Assembly: GCF_001194135.2 (NCBI RefSeq)
Contig: NC_068983.1
Span: forward strand, 76,111,339-76,175,338
DNA length: 64,000 nucleotides
Source: Octopus bimaculoides
Taxonomy: Eukaryota
Direction: 5' to 3'
Shown piece by piece: positions 51,743 to 64,000 of this stretch (position 1 is its first letter; the number at the start of each line of letters is the position of its first letter). A program made the position numbers and the translations under genes. The notes beneath the pieces are model-generated. The model was not told the DNA's origin and made no database searches. It saw only the letters and a list, made by a program, of their open reading frames with translations.

Positions 51743-54544
51743 TAAAACTGAAATAAATAGTCTGAAGTATTAATATTATATGATAGAAAACTTCCTAACT
51801 ATGAAAATTACTCAAAGAAATTGCTCAAAAAAAAAAATATAACAAAAATGACTGTAAAATTTATATGTATGTTTTATATAACATTATAACACTTCAACAA
51901 CGTAATTGTAATTATTTCAGTTTCAACACTGGATTCCCAATCAAATCAATTATGAAACGAATACAATACTAGAAAATACACAGCACACACACACTCACAC
52001 AGACACAGATACAGACACAGACACACACACGCGGGCGCGCGCGCACACACACACACATACGCATACATCACACACAGATTCACACACACGTATGAAAGCA
52101 CATGGGCATGAATGTGGACAATTGTACTTACGAACATGTGTAGTAATGGTGAGAAATCTGGCATCTAGTTATCTAAAACTCTGTCACTACCATTTGTCAC
52201 TATTAATAACAATAGGCAAACCACTGCAAAGATAAAAAAAAATCGTTGTGAGATGTTGTTGTTCATTGCCGAATAGATATCAGGACTTTGTAATCTTCCG
52301 TTAAGTATGATGTTATATTTTTCTCCTTTCAGTTGTTTGATTTTCAAATTCCTCTCTATTGTAAAAGCACTTTTTGGTTAGCTCTGTGCTTTCTGTTTAG
52401 ATGTACTTCTTATCTCTGGATTTAGACCTTCTGAAAAACACTATAATCACCAAAAGTTTGTATTTGCTATCGTACACATGAAAATACACGTTTTGCATAT
52501 ATTATTATAGACAGTAATACAAATGCTATTATACATTTACGTTGCTATCTTTGCGTACAATTAGGCGCCTATTTGTCGTGTCTATTTATTGGATAGAGAT
52601 GTATTATTATCCTCTAATAATGAGGGAATGATGTAGTTCCTCTTTATTAAGATATGCTCCAGTAGAAAATTATCAATATTCCCTCCTGTCTAATAACTGA
52701 GAAACATACAGACCTGAACTGGATAGATATTTTATAATTTGCGTCACCTGTCTCCATATGAAATCGACTAGTCCCCTACTAGATATTGCTGCTGCTTATT
52801 TAGTGTTACCAAATTGTGTTGTAGCGTTTGGTCGCAAATATACCATTATGCCTGCCTTCTATCACGAGAGATAGAACTCAGTTTATTTTACGGAATTTAC
52901 ACGTATGGGAATCAAGGGACCTTGCTCTAACTTTAATTTTGAAAGTTGTTAATAAATTATTTTTGCGTTTAATAAGGGGCCAACATTCGTTGTACTGTTA
53001 AAGGAGTTAACTTTTATCTTTTTATAACATGAAAGACTAACTTCGTGATTCCGTAATGATATACAACGTAGGCAACAAATCATTTCTATTTTCACCAATT
53101 AATACAATATTTTTATAAAACTCATATCTAACAATGAATGAAATATCTATATTCTGGAGGGTTGTGAGTCATGTTAGGGACTGCTGTCAGACATTCTGTG
53201 CTGTTAAAGGTGACATGTTCAATATTTATGAAAAACCAACAGCAAATTATCCTGAAAAAAGGGCAATTACATAAAAGATGTAAAAATATTTTCAGCAAGC
53301 AAACTCTACTTCTACATTCTGGAGGCATAATCTTCTGCTTTACGTTTTCGTCATTCAAATTCCCCAAGAAAGGTCATTCAGATCAGTCTTACTGATGTTA
53401 TACGCTTCAGAAGATGTCAAGTTAAGAAAGAAAATAACTCTTCTGAAGGTGAAAACCTGCAAATTTTATAGCTTTTATCATTTCCGTCTTTTAACTGAAG
53501 AGGCTTAGTAAAAGATATTGATGTATTAAAGCTTATAGGAAAATGTATGATAATGCGCTATGGCATCGGAATTTAATTTTGTTACAGTAAATATTCTCGA
53601 GGTACGATGTACATAAAAAAATATACCAGCTCCTAATATGATCTAATCGTTTTTGCTTCATTTTCTCATCATCCACTTATTAAGGTTTGGTAACTTAAAG
53701 AGGCAACTTGAATAGCCAACAAAATAAACTGAAGAGGGTTATGGGAAAGCCAGTTGGAGAGGCAACATGCAGTTACTTGACTTGATAAACACAGGAGCCT
53801 ACACTTGCCCAATTCATACCCTTCAGTTAAAAAAAAAGACAATTCAGTCTAAAATATGCAAACGTATAAAAGAACACTATACTCGTGATTTCGACTGGAA
53901 ATCCTCTAATCAAAGATCTTTTCGATTAGCACTAACCGGTACAACTTCAACAACAACAATAAAATTTCAGCTAATAGGCTGTCTCTTTCAGGAGGGTAGT
54001 ATTTTAAATTTACCAGAGACATTGACTTAATGTTTTTACAGTAGGTTCATGAACGCATCAAGTTCGATCGGCTTGAGCAAAATTTTAAACATAGCGAAAT
54101 AGAATTAATAAGACACATCTAGTTTCATTTCTCAAGTATTATGGCTACAGATTTGCATTGTTGGTGATTATTAGAAGAAAAAACCCCCCCCAGAAAACCT
54201 CATCCAGTACTTTAAATTGCATCACATACGCACACATACAACCACACCCACAAAAACATACATATGAACGGAAGATACATACAAACGCGCTGACACAGAC
54301 AGACATATATGTAGACTTGCAAGATATTGTTATTACTTTTTTTAATATATATTTGTTATTTTTAAGTAATCAATATTAATCATTAAGTTCGAAAGTAGAA
54401 ATCATGACAGACTACCCAACGGGAATTCATCTAATTTTTTTTTTCTCGCGCCGTTGAATGCATTATTGTAAATATGAACTAAATAGTAAAACTACACACA
54501 TATACAGAACTACATACGCATTCTCGAGTACCGCACACACACGC

Positions 54545-54587
<43 letters not shown>

Positions 54588-55017
54588 CATAAGTGCACGC
54601 ACACATACAGACGTCTATGCATCTATGCTGTTCCTCTAGTATTTAGATTTAAAAAAACATTTTTGTCGTTGTAGATTTTTTGTTTGTAATTTTTGGCTTG
54701 CGAAATATGTTTTGTGTCATATTTTCCATAAATAAATACTTTTAATATATAATCTTCTTGATTGCAGACAGTTCATATCTGCTGTTGTTACAGTTGATTT
54801 TTCATATTTATTTATTTTTTGTTCATTCATCGGCAATGTTAAATGGTTTACTTCAACAAACCACCAAGTGGATATATTTATTCCACTGTGTAATGAGGTT
54901 TACATTCATCCTGATAAGTCTATATATCTTCACCTCTTTCACACACGCTTTCTCAATATTCTCACTGGTTTCACTCTATCTTCATCCTTCCATTTATAAA
55001 TGTATGTAAATCTGTCA

Positions 55018-55185
55018 CAGCGCAGTGCCTACAGGCTTGAGTGTTTGCCTCATGATCGTATGACCATGAGTTCACTTCCTAAGCAACGTTTTGCAGTGTG
55101 TCCTTGAACAAAGTATTTTAATCTAATCTATGGTACTCCAGTTCATTCAGCTTTAATGAATACCAGTCAAGTCCTGGTGCAACCC
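55018..55185 (+). mobile_element. Decayed tRNA-derived SINE (13826-type central domain)
   Basis: GTGTGTCCTTGAACAAAGTA...CTCCAGTTCATTCAGCT..AATGAATACC after a tRNA-like head (GAGTTCACTTCC). Confidence 0.55.
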
Positions 55186-55254
55186 TTCTCTCTCTCCCTC
55201 CAGCTGTCATATCCAGGATATTCCATTGAGTCAAATTTGAAAGCAGCGAGAATA

Positions 55255-55336
55255 TGTCTGTATCTACTCATGTCTGTATCTACTCATGTCTGTATCTACT
55301 CATGTCTGTATCTACTTCATGAGTAGATACAGATAT
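55255..55336. repeat. Four tandem 16-bp units (TGTCTGTATCTACTCA) followed by one inverted unit
   Basis: Units at 55255, 55271, 55287 and 55303 (the last has one extra T); 55320-55336 TGAGTAGATACAGATAT is the reverse complement. Confidence 0.9.
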
Positions 55337-55420
55337 GGACACTCAAAATAATTAGTAAAGGCCTTGTACATACTATAAAAGGTATTCACTCGTGATTAGT
55401 GTTTTGCTGCACTTTTTATA

Positions 55421-55496
<76 letters not shown>

Positions 55497-55504
55497 GTCT
55501 ATCT
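55421..55504. repeat. (CTAT)n microsatellite; a second array at 56282-56350
   Basis: Seen directly; both arrays abut Tx1-like fragments. Confidence 0.95.
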
Positions 55505-56281
55505 CGAGACCTATGGACAATCACCAGAGATTCCTGGCCTGGCAGTATTATCGAGAAGCATTGCCCGTTCGGGATAAGCTCTATAGGCACGGTTCGAGAC
55601 ACACTGGACCTACTTGCCCGAGATACCGTCAGAGCGACGAAAGCGTTCTGCACGTACTCGTGCAGTTTCCAACCATTTCGGACCTATGGGTTTATGCTGA
55701 ATGGCTGCTGTCACGTGACGGTTGAATTCGGTTGTCGGCCGAATTCTATCGTGAACATTGCTCCGGCACCTTCCCTTCACCAGGAAGTCAAGTCAGTCTT
55801 TATCGTAGTGGTGGCTATGGTGAAATAATGTGTGTGGTGGACTCGAGGTTTAGAGACAAACACTGTCCTCTCTGGCCAATCGCTCATCAACATTGAAAAG
55901 GAAGGTGAGAATAGAGAGGAAAGTTTTGTCTCGTGAAAGATTCAATAAAAGGTGGCTGACTGTAGCAAAGATAGTACGCGCGAATGACGAAACCACTTTG
56001 AGCATGTTCCTGTAAATCGGAAAAAGAGAGAGCACTTTGCTCTCATGAGTTATTTTCTATCCCTGCTTGAGGTTACCGCGGTCGTTTTCGTAGGTTTTTC
56101 TTTCCACAGATAAACCTAATCTGTTTTCTATATTTTTGATATTTTCTGTGTTACACGATCCCTTTTGATCGAAAATTTATTTTTTCCTCCTCTTTTTTTC
56201 TATTTTCCAAACGAAAAGCTCTACATTGTATTTTATCCCTTCTGTCTTCGGCCCTGTGTGGCTAATAAAGAAACTTTTCTT
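55505..56281 (+). mobile_element. Tx1/L1-clade LINE, 5'-truncated 3' end (zf-RVT/CCHC region and 3' UTR)
   Basis: MDNHQRFLAWQYYREALPVRDKLYRHGSRHTGPTCPRYRQSDESVLHVLVQFPTISDLW matches the W....ALP......CP.C...ES..H....C....LW pattern of L1/Tx1 ORF2. T-rich 3' UTR; AATAAA at 56264-56269, then (CTAT)n. Confidence 0.85.
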
Positions 56282-56340
<59 letters not shown>

Positions 56341-56350
56341 GTATCTATCT

Positions 56351-57004
56351 GTTGCGTGCTCTGGGGAACGAAGGAGTTGGAGCCGCCCGAGTGGCCCGAG
56401 TGACGGAGGCGCAACGAGGCAACAAACCCACCATTAGGTCTCTGAAAGATGAGCAGGGAGCGAATTACTCGAACCTGAACGTATGTGTGAGGTCTTTCAA
56501 TAAAACATTGCCCGACTATTCGGGACAACTGGTGGGTCAGAACGCGGAGTGGACTTTAGTGCCTACCTGCATAGCCTAGCCTGCCACGACTATCGGCAAG
56601 AGAGGCGGAGTGTTGTGAAAGACCCATCACAGCCGCGGACGTCCGGGATGCGATGGCTGGCTGCGCGGGAGACAAGTCGCCAAGCTTGGATTGCCTCCCC
56701 AATGAAATTTATTGTCATGTGCTAGACTCGTTTGGAAACGCCTTGGCAACTGTCTACTGCAACTAGCAGCAAAGCAGGAGTATCTCAGTTTCTGTAAAGC
56801 GAGGAGTGGTGGCACTGCTAAAGAAAGAACCAAACAAGGGGAACGTCATAGATGACTTCAGGCCCATCACTCTGCTCAGCGCAGATTTGAAGATTTTGGC
56901 CAGGGTGTTAGCCGAGAGGTTGGCGTTTGTCATCGAGAAACTAGTCGACAAGGCGCAAACGAGCGCCGTGCCGGGTAGGAGTACTCATGACAACCTCCAT
57001 TTCA
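56351..57004 (+). mobile_element. Tx1/L1-clade LINE ORF2 internal fragment (pre-RT region and RT N-terminus)
   Basis: TIRSLKDEQG; GDKSPSLDCLPNEIY (cf. KSPGPDGLP.EFY); VALLKKEPNKGNVIDDFRPITLLSADLKILARVLAERL...DKAQTSAVPGRSTHDNL. Confidence 0.88.
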
Positions 57005-58261
57005 TGGAGTCAGGTGTTTCGAGGAGAATATTGATGGCGGACATTGGTAAAATGATTTGTATGATTTGTATGAATTCGTATGAATTCGTATAATACGAAA
57101 AGAAAAGAAAGTTTATCTTTGTTGGCACCCACTTTGCCTCAGGGTGGAGAAAATCTTTGTAGTATATTACTGATTTTGTTAGAAATTGCATCCATGGTTA
57201 CCGAGGCTTAAAGGTACAGAATTTGGTGTCTTGTGTCCTGCGATGGTCTTATGTCCCTATTATTGTATATTGTACTTTTATGGTTCAGTCCACCTACATT
57301 CATGCAGGCTCCGCAGGGTAGGAAATATCGCATATTCAAACGTAGCGCTGGCAAATTGGACTGATGTCTTGTTATCTTGCAATGCTATGTCCAGTTTCTG
57401 AAGTGTGATAAATTTTGCATCGAGCAGACGTGACGATGTTGTCATTGGTGTTGTTTAGCTCCAGTTCAGCTTTAACAGAGCATAGTTTACATCGCAGATA
57501 TATTCTAAACAGAAACATTCCCTCTAGAGGATTAAGTACAACGATGTTTAATCAATATTTTCCATTTTCCGTTGTTAGAGTACAAATTGAGACAGGTTAG
57601 TCTACTTTTCCTAGCTGGCCAAATGAATGCATGGTGGTGTCCTTTTTGGATCAACCAAACAAATGGCATATACACAGCAGGAAGATCAGATTTTATGAAG
57701 CTCCAAACGTTAGAATCCAAAACAAGAACCTCATCGCCAGTAGAGATTCTTTAGTTTTAAAGTGAAGTCTTGTTCAAATTTTTATCGCAATAGCGCCCAG
57801 CATTCAGATTCTCAATATGATGGGACAGACTCTGAAATATCATAAGAGTAAAATGTAATAACACGTCTCGTATAACTTAGATAATCTATGTAAATGGAAA
57901 TGTGGTTGATGCCTGATACAATTTTAAGATTGCAAGATTGCATGTTCTCTGCAATAGTTTCTCTCTGTCAATAATTTATATGTATTGATCATATTAACTT
58001 GCTTCTACGTGTCTATGTGCATGTGTGTGCAAGTGTGTGTATACTTGTTTGTGTGTGTGTTCTTTATTAAGCATTGTTTCTGGTATTAAGATTATCATAG
58101 GAGTCTAGTATTACGTAATGCTTTTATCAGCGAAGCAGTAGAGCAGATCGAAAATGCGTGTTACTGTTTATATTCAATATATAAACAAGAATTAGTGACA
58201 CACAGAAATGACTGAAATATTAAAAAAAAACCCCATCACATACGTGTAACGTGCGTTGCAA

Positions 58262-58292
<31 letters not shown>

Positions 58293-60129
58293 ATCAAAAC
58301 TTTATGTGCTTACTCAAATCTCTTCAGAGAGTCTCTCAAAGTGTTAGGGAAAAAGACGAGAGAAACATAGATTCCAGGCTGTAATCCTGTTCTGAATATT
58401 TGCAAGAGAGTGGACGCTGTTAATAAGACGAAACATATCTTCAGAGATCATCTATCTAATTACCAAAATATTTCCGTCGTTTCGATGGTTTCTTTTTCAT
58501 GCCCATCTTCAAGAACAAAACAAAATGGCCATAATTGTATAAAAAACATGACGTCAATTTTGTTTTCGATTTTTAGGGGACCCTTGACGTTGCAATCCTA
58601 AAGAATTAGAGAGGCGATAGGTCAGAGTGTGAATTGTCTTTTTTTTATATAAAGTTTAATGTGTATGATGCCTTTGACACAGGAACCGAACGAAGAAAAG
58701 GGGTCAACAATGATGTTATATCTCCACAAACCCGTTCAGCATCTCTCAGAATATATCATGTTTTCAAAATTATGGATGCTAGATAAAAACAATAACAAAT
58801 TTAACGTTATCTTAACTTTTCCCTCAATACAGTGTACATCGCTGTTAATCTGGAGGCTAAGTTCATCACTTTCACGAATCAAGCAATTAAATATAGGAAG
58901 TCTTGATGATAATATTTTGAACGAATATGGGCTCATCGAAGTCACAGGCAAATAGGAAATCAATGACGCAATTTTATTTATATTCAGTCAAGCTAACTGC
59001 GGAATGCTGGGTAATATGTTTCAGTAATACATTATGACCATTTGGCAGAAAACCAAGATATAAAGTTTCAGCTGATTTTGCATGGGTTTTGTACCGATTA
59101 AGTCTTTACATGGTCAACACTCAAAGGTTTTTTGTTAGATGAAGAATTATTTATGAATTATTAATAGCAAATTTTCTCTTTGAGCTGTAGAATATATCAC
59201 CCCATTTTTACCTGTGCGACTGCAGTATAGTTTCTTTTAAATCTTTTAGGCATAATTGGATTTCAGTGTACTTTAGTATGAGAATTAGGAAAAGAAGCAC
59301 AAGGAAGACTAATTTCATCCTTGTCACTTGATTTGTTACTTCTGCGTCAGTATTCGATCAAAACTGAGATTTGTTAGGTTGTGCGATTGTAATCCAACAG
59401 AATAGAATTGAACTCTTGATCTCATTCAATCATTCACATTCTTATTTCACTTCAAATAAATAATGCTTATTTAAATTCTGTTTCGCATTTACATTAACCG
59501 CGTCAAAAGTATGGCATGAATTAAATTATTCCTCCGGTACAGAAAAATGATATTGAATTAAAATCAGGCACAGTTAAGATTGCAAACAAGCTTCGAGGCA
59601 CCAGATATAATAATACTGATAGTAATATATTTCAAGAAGATAAGCCATCTGACTGAATTAGAATAAATCATCTCTTTTAAAAGACGCCACTGTTTGTAAG
59701 TTTTAATTCGCAGAAGTCTAGACAATATCATGGATATTAACAATAAACGATATATACTAAGAGAAAATTAACATATGTTCCTTCCTGTGTGTTGGCTATA
59801 AAAGATATACGTTCGAGTGTTGGAAATAATGCATTGGCTCTTTTGATAGGAGATCATCTTGATTTTCTGTAGATATGCGTAACTAAGTGTTTAGTGTTAC
59901 CAAAAACAATTAATTGCTTCTGGTCAACATTTTTCGCCTGGAAAATGATATTTGTATGAGATTTATATCTCTGATAGTACAGGAATCCGTCTGTAAGTAA
60001 ATTTACTTATATACAAACTACCTAAGATCTAGCTCGAAATAGTCACCATATATCCCTCAAACTACACTTCGCAGTCTTAGAGACGTACACATTAGGTAAT
60101 CAAGATTACAATAGTTCTTATAATAATAG

Positions 60130-60579
60130 TAATGGTTTCAAGTTTTGGCGTAATGTCAGCAATTTCGGGAGAGGAAATAAGTCGATTCCAACAGTTGAGT
60201 GTTCAACTGGTATTATCTTATCGACTTCGAAATGATGAAAGGTATAGTCTGTCTTGACTGTAGTTGAACTCGGAACCCAAAGACAGACGAAATGCCACAG
60301 CACATTTTGTCCTCACGATTCTGCCAGCTCCCGGCTTTAATAATACCCATGGTTTCAAATTTTGCCTCAAAGGCAGCCATTTGGGGGTAGGGAATGAGTC
60401 GATTACATCAACCCCAGTGTTTCACTTGTACTTATTTTATCGACTCCGAAAGGATGAAAGGCAAAGACGACCTCGGCGAATTTGAACTCAGAATGTAGCG
60501 GTGGGCGAAATACTGCTAAGCATTTCGCCCGGCGTGCTAACGATTCTGCCAATGCACCGCCTTAATAATGATGATGATG

Positions 60580-60639
<60 letters not shown>

Positions 60640-60830
60640 GCACAAAGCCAACTATTTCAGAAGAGGAGGCAAGTAGGGTACATCGATGTAATGATCTGTT
60701 ACTACTCATTTTATTATTCCAGAGAGGATGAAAGCCAAAGCCGATCTAGGCGGAATTTGAACTCAGAATGTGACGAAATACTTAACGGCATTTCGTCCAG
60801 TGTGCTAACGATTCTGTTAGCTCACCGCCG
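60130..60830 (-). mobile_element. Three tandem copies of the 12320-family SINE (~60130-60335, ~60343-60549, ~60700-60830)
   Basis: Repeated AAGGATGAAAG..AAAG...CT.GGCG.AATTTGAACTC.GAA and CGATTCTG..A..C.CC.GC blocks. Each 5' end abuts TAA-rich sequence on the plus strand. Confidence 0.85.
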
Positions 60831-60849
60831 TAATATTAGTAATAATAAC

Positions 60850-60885
<36 letters not shown>

Positions 60886-61901
60886 CATAATAATAAATAT
60901 GGAAACTGAGAATTGAGATCGCCAAGTCGTAGATCGCCTCTACCTAAATTGAAAACAAGGAGATATAGGCTTAACATCGATCCAGATTGCCTTTGAATGT
61001 CATATCATATCCCCTCGACAACGATTTTTAACCACCAAGTGTTAAAGTGCATCCCTTGGCCAAATTTGTATAGGAGAGATACAGATAACACCATGACACT
61101 TGGAAGCTAACTCCTTAAGAAACATTCCTTGCCGGTTAACCTTTAATATACATACCCAAAGATATTGCACAGCGCTGCCGCAAATTATTATTAGGTGAAA
61201 GGATGAGTGTATATCAACAGAAGACATTGATATGTTAGTAGAAATCTTTTTCGACGATAACAGTAACATTGATAATCAAAGCAGTCTATCCTGAAGTAAC
61301 GCCCGGATTACTAACTTTCACAAAGATATGCGTTTGCAGCCCAGGAACAGGAAATAGCAATCGAATACCGGATGATTACCGAAAAGGATAGAGAAGCGGG
61401 AAAAAATGTCAAATTTTATCCATTTACAAGAGAAGTCGCTACTAGTTACTTTTGAAGTCTTTGAAGTTTACCTGAAAAAAAAAATTCAGTTATTAATAAG
61501 AAAAGTTATAATTACTGTGTGCAAGATTTCACATATGCACACACACACACATACACACATTTGAATGGAGGGATTTTTTAATTTTCACATACATATATTG
61601 AATCGTTAAATCATTGTAAACATTAATAGTCTGATCCTTAAAGAGTAGCACTTAGAATAATTTTACGAATATAAACAAATTTAAATGAGAAACAAATAAA
61701 GAATAAATAATCTTCTGATTTCCATGATATTTGAAACCAAATATTAACTTTCATGAATATGATTTTAAATGAGAAATTTTAATAATTACAATGTTACAAT
61801 ATATACCATCGATTCTTTGTTGTTTAAGGGAGGGGACGAGCATGGTGTATGTAAGCGTTGTGTCCATGACAGAGAAAAAATTAGAGTTACGTGGAGAGAG
61901 A

Positions 61902-61984
<83 letters not shown>

Positions 61985-62658
61985 ATGAGGACATACAAAG
62001 GCAAAAATGGAAGAAAAACTGATGGAAAAGGAACAATACTGGTACTTCTACACAGTTATCCATCGCAACTACAAGTTTTTTGAGGTTTCCTTTATTGAAT
62101 TATTTCTGTTTTGCTGTAGGAGGACTTCAGATCTAAGATTTTGGTCTTCCTGCATTGCTCTGGGATGATGTTCGATTTGTGTTAAAATTTTGAAAGAGAT
62201 TTATTGAAAAACGGTAACGTTCTTTAAAGTGAAGCAGACATAAATCGACATGCGTGGGTATATGTGTTGGATGTGAAACTACAGACATAACTAAAAAATC
62301 TAAAATTTGAAGGCAAAATACTTCTTTAACGATAGATTTGAGACGAGGCTGTAAGCCCTTGAGTCAATCATATAGCTATACACCTAATAAATATCTCCAC
62401 ATTTATCTAGTGAGTTGTATTCCACTAAGAACACACGCGCAGTCTCTCTCTCCCTCCCTCCCCTCTCTCTCTTTCTCACACAAGCATCGCTTATTTAAGG
62501 CATTAATTACAACGGTCCGTATTCAGAATTGGTTTAAATAAACAACATTTAGTATTGCGTATTCCCAGAAGAATGTATATCTATCTATCTATCTATCTAT
62601 ATGTCTGTCTGTCTGTCTGTATATATGTATGTATGTGTGTATGTATGTATGTATGTAT

Positions 62659-62705
<47 letters not shown>

Positions 62706-63159
62706 CACATATATATATAAATATATATATATNNNNNNNNNNNNNNNNNNNNNNNNNNNNNNNNNNNNNNNNNNNNNNNNNNNNNNNNNNNNNNNNNNNN
62801 NNNNNNNNNNNNNNNNNNNNNNNNNNNNNNNNNNNNNNNNNNNNNNNNNNNNNNNNNNNNNNNNNNNNNNNNNNNNNNNNNNNNNNNNNNNNNNNNNNNN
62901 NNNNNNNNNNNNNNNNNNNNNNNNNNNNNNNNNNNNNNNNNNNNNNNNNNNNNNNNNNNNNNNNNNNNNNNNNNNNNNNNNNNNNNNNNNNNNNNNNNNN
63001 NNNNNNNNNNNNNNNNNNNNNNNNNNNNNNNNNNNNNNNNNNNNNNNNNNNNNNNNNNNNNNNNNNNNNNNNNNNNNNNNNNNNNNNNNNNNNNNNNNNN
63101 NNNNNNNNNNNNNNNNNNNNNNNNNNNNNNNNNNNNNNNNNNNNNNNNNNNNNNNNNNN

Positions 63160-63198
<39 letters not shown>

Positions 63199-63204
63199 GT
63201 ATAT

Positions 63205-63790
63205 ATATATTATTTCAGTCATTTCAAATCAGCTATTCGGCATGAAAAAAATCCGAGAACAAAGGTTCGAAAACTTTCATCAGAGCTCCATAGATATCGC
63301 ACAACTGTTTTTGGACACCTGTAAAGAATTTCAAAAGCTAAGAAAACGGATAGGTTTCTTCCATACCAACTGAACGAAATTAAAAAGTACAGACGCCTCG
63401 AAGTGTACTCCTTATTGCTTTCTGAACTGGAAAAAGATCATTTTTTCATCTAATTATTACTTGTGATGAGAAATAAATACTCTTTGACAACAGCATGAGA
63501 ATAGGAGAAGGATTAGTTGCAGGATAGTCAGCTAAACATTACCCAAACCCACCATTGTATCTTTAAAAGTTACTGGTCAGTCTATGGTGGTCTGTGAAGG
63601 GAGTTATTCATTATTCACTTTTGCAACAAGGAAAAACGGTAACAGCAGTATCGCATTGCCAGGAAATTGATTGTATGCAAGAGAATTTGAAAAAGAAGCA
63701 ACCCAGACTAGTGAATAGAGACGGCCCAATTTTGCTCTACGACAATTCGTCTTCCCACTCCTCAAGCTACTGTCCAAAAATATAAATAAA
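63205..63790 (+). mobile_element. Mariner transposase remnant (DD34D family)
   Basis: KNPRTKVRKLSSEL...TVFGHL (HTH); RFLPYQLNE (cf. WVPHEL); LIITCDEK*ILFDN (first catalytic D motif); LWWSVKGVIHYSLLQQGKTVTAVSHCQEI...KKQPRLVNRDGPILLYDNSSSH (cf. LLHDNARPH). Stops present. Confidence 0.9.
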
Positions 63791-64000
63791 ATCTTATTTA
63801 TATTTCACCAACAATTTTCATCCTTTCACATACTTCATTATCTTTGTATTTTCATACCCTTCCATATACTTTCTCTATCTTTGTAATTATAATTATCCGT
63901 ATTTTCTCCATAACGGATTTGATCCTAGAAGTGAATCCAAAACTATTTTAGAACTTGTTATTTCAGTATCTAAAACAATGGCACAATTTCCCAATTTATA

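Noticed and set aside
53767-54030. Possible GIY-YIG remnant (GAYTCP...SKICKRIKEH)
   Set aside because: The match is limited to R..EH and the YIG motif is absent; too weak to call.
55255-55336. Short direct repeats as a CRISPR array
   Set aside because: No spacers, 16-bp units, a eukaryotic context and no cas genes.

Overview
AT-rich, repeat-saturated eukaryotic genomic DNA with 13 N-gaps, most of them flanked by microsatellites. The SINE families resemble those I recall from octopus, so a coleoid cephalopod origin is an inference only. No intact protein-coding gene, true tRNA/rRNA gene or CRISPR array can be supported, and most long ORFs in the track are artefacts of microsatellites or N-runs. 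Recognisable content: five decayed R4/Dong-clade (RLE) LINE fragments set in (TAA)n arrays; a near-complete but broken CR1-type ORF2 (24.3-27.2 kb, minus); two Tx1/L1-clade fragments abutting (CTAT)n arrays (55.5-57.0 kb); a mariner transposase remnant (63.2-63.8 kb); many tRNA-derived SINEs of several families; several MITEs, including a ~920 bp fold-back element; and a short (TA)n-associated repeat family. The most interesting signals are (1) a minimal hammerhead-ribozyme-like motif with a non-canonical core (CUGUNGA) shared by three copies of the (TA)n-associated family, (2) apparent (CTAT)n target specificity of the Tx1-like LINE, (3) a pattern in which each retroelement family occupies its own microsatellite type, and (4) a perfect 64-bp stem inside an otherwise diverged palindrome. 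A CpG-rich island at 30.3-30.6 kb and a few candidate small exons are listed at low confidence.
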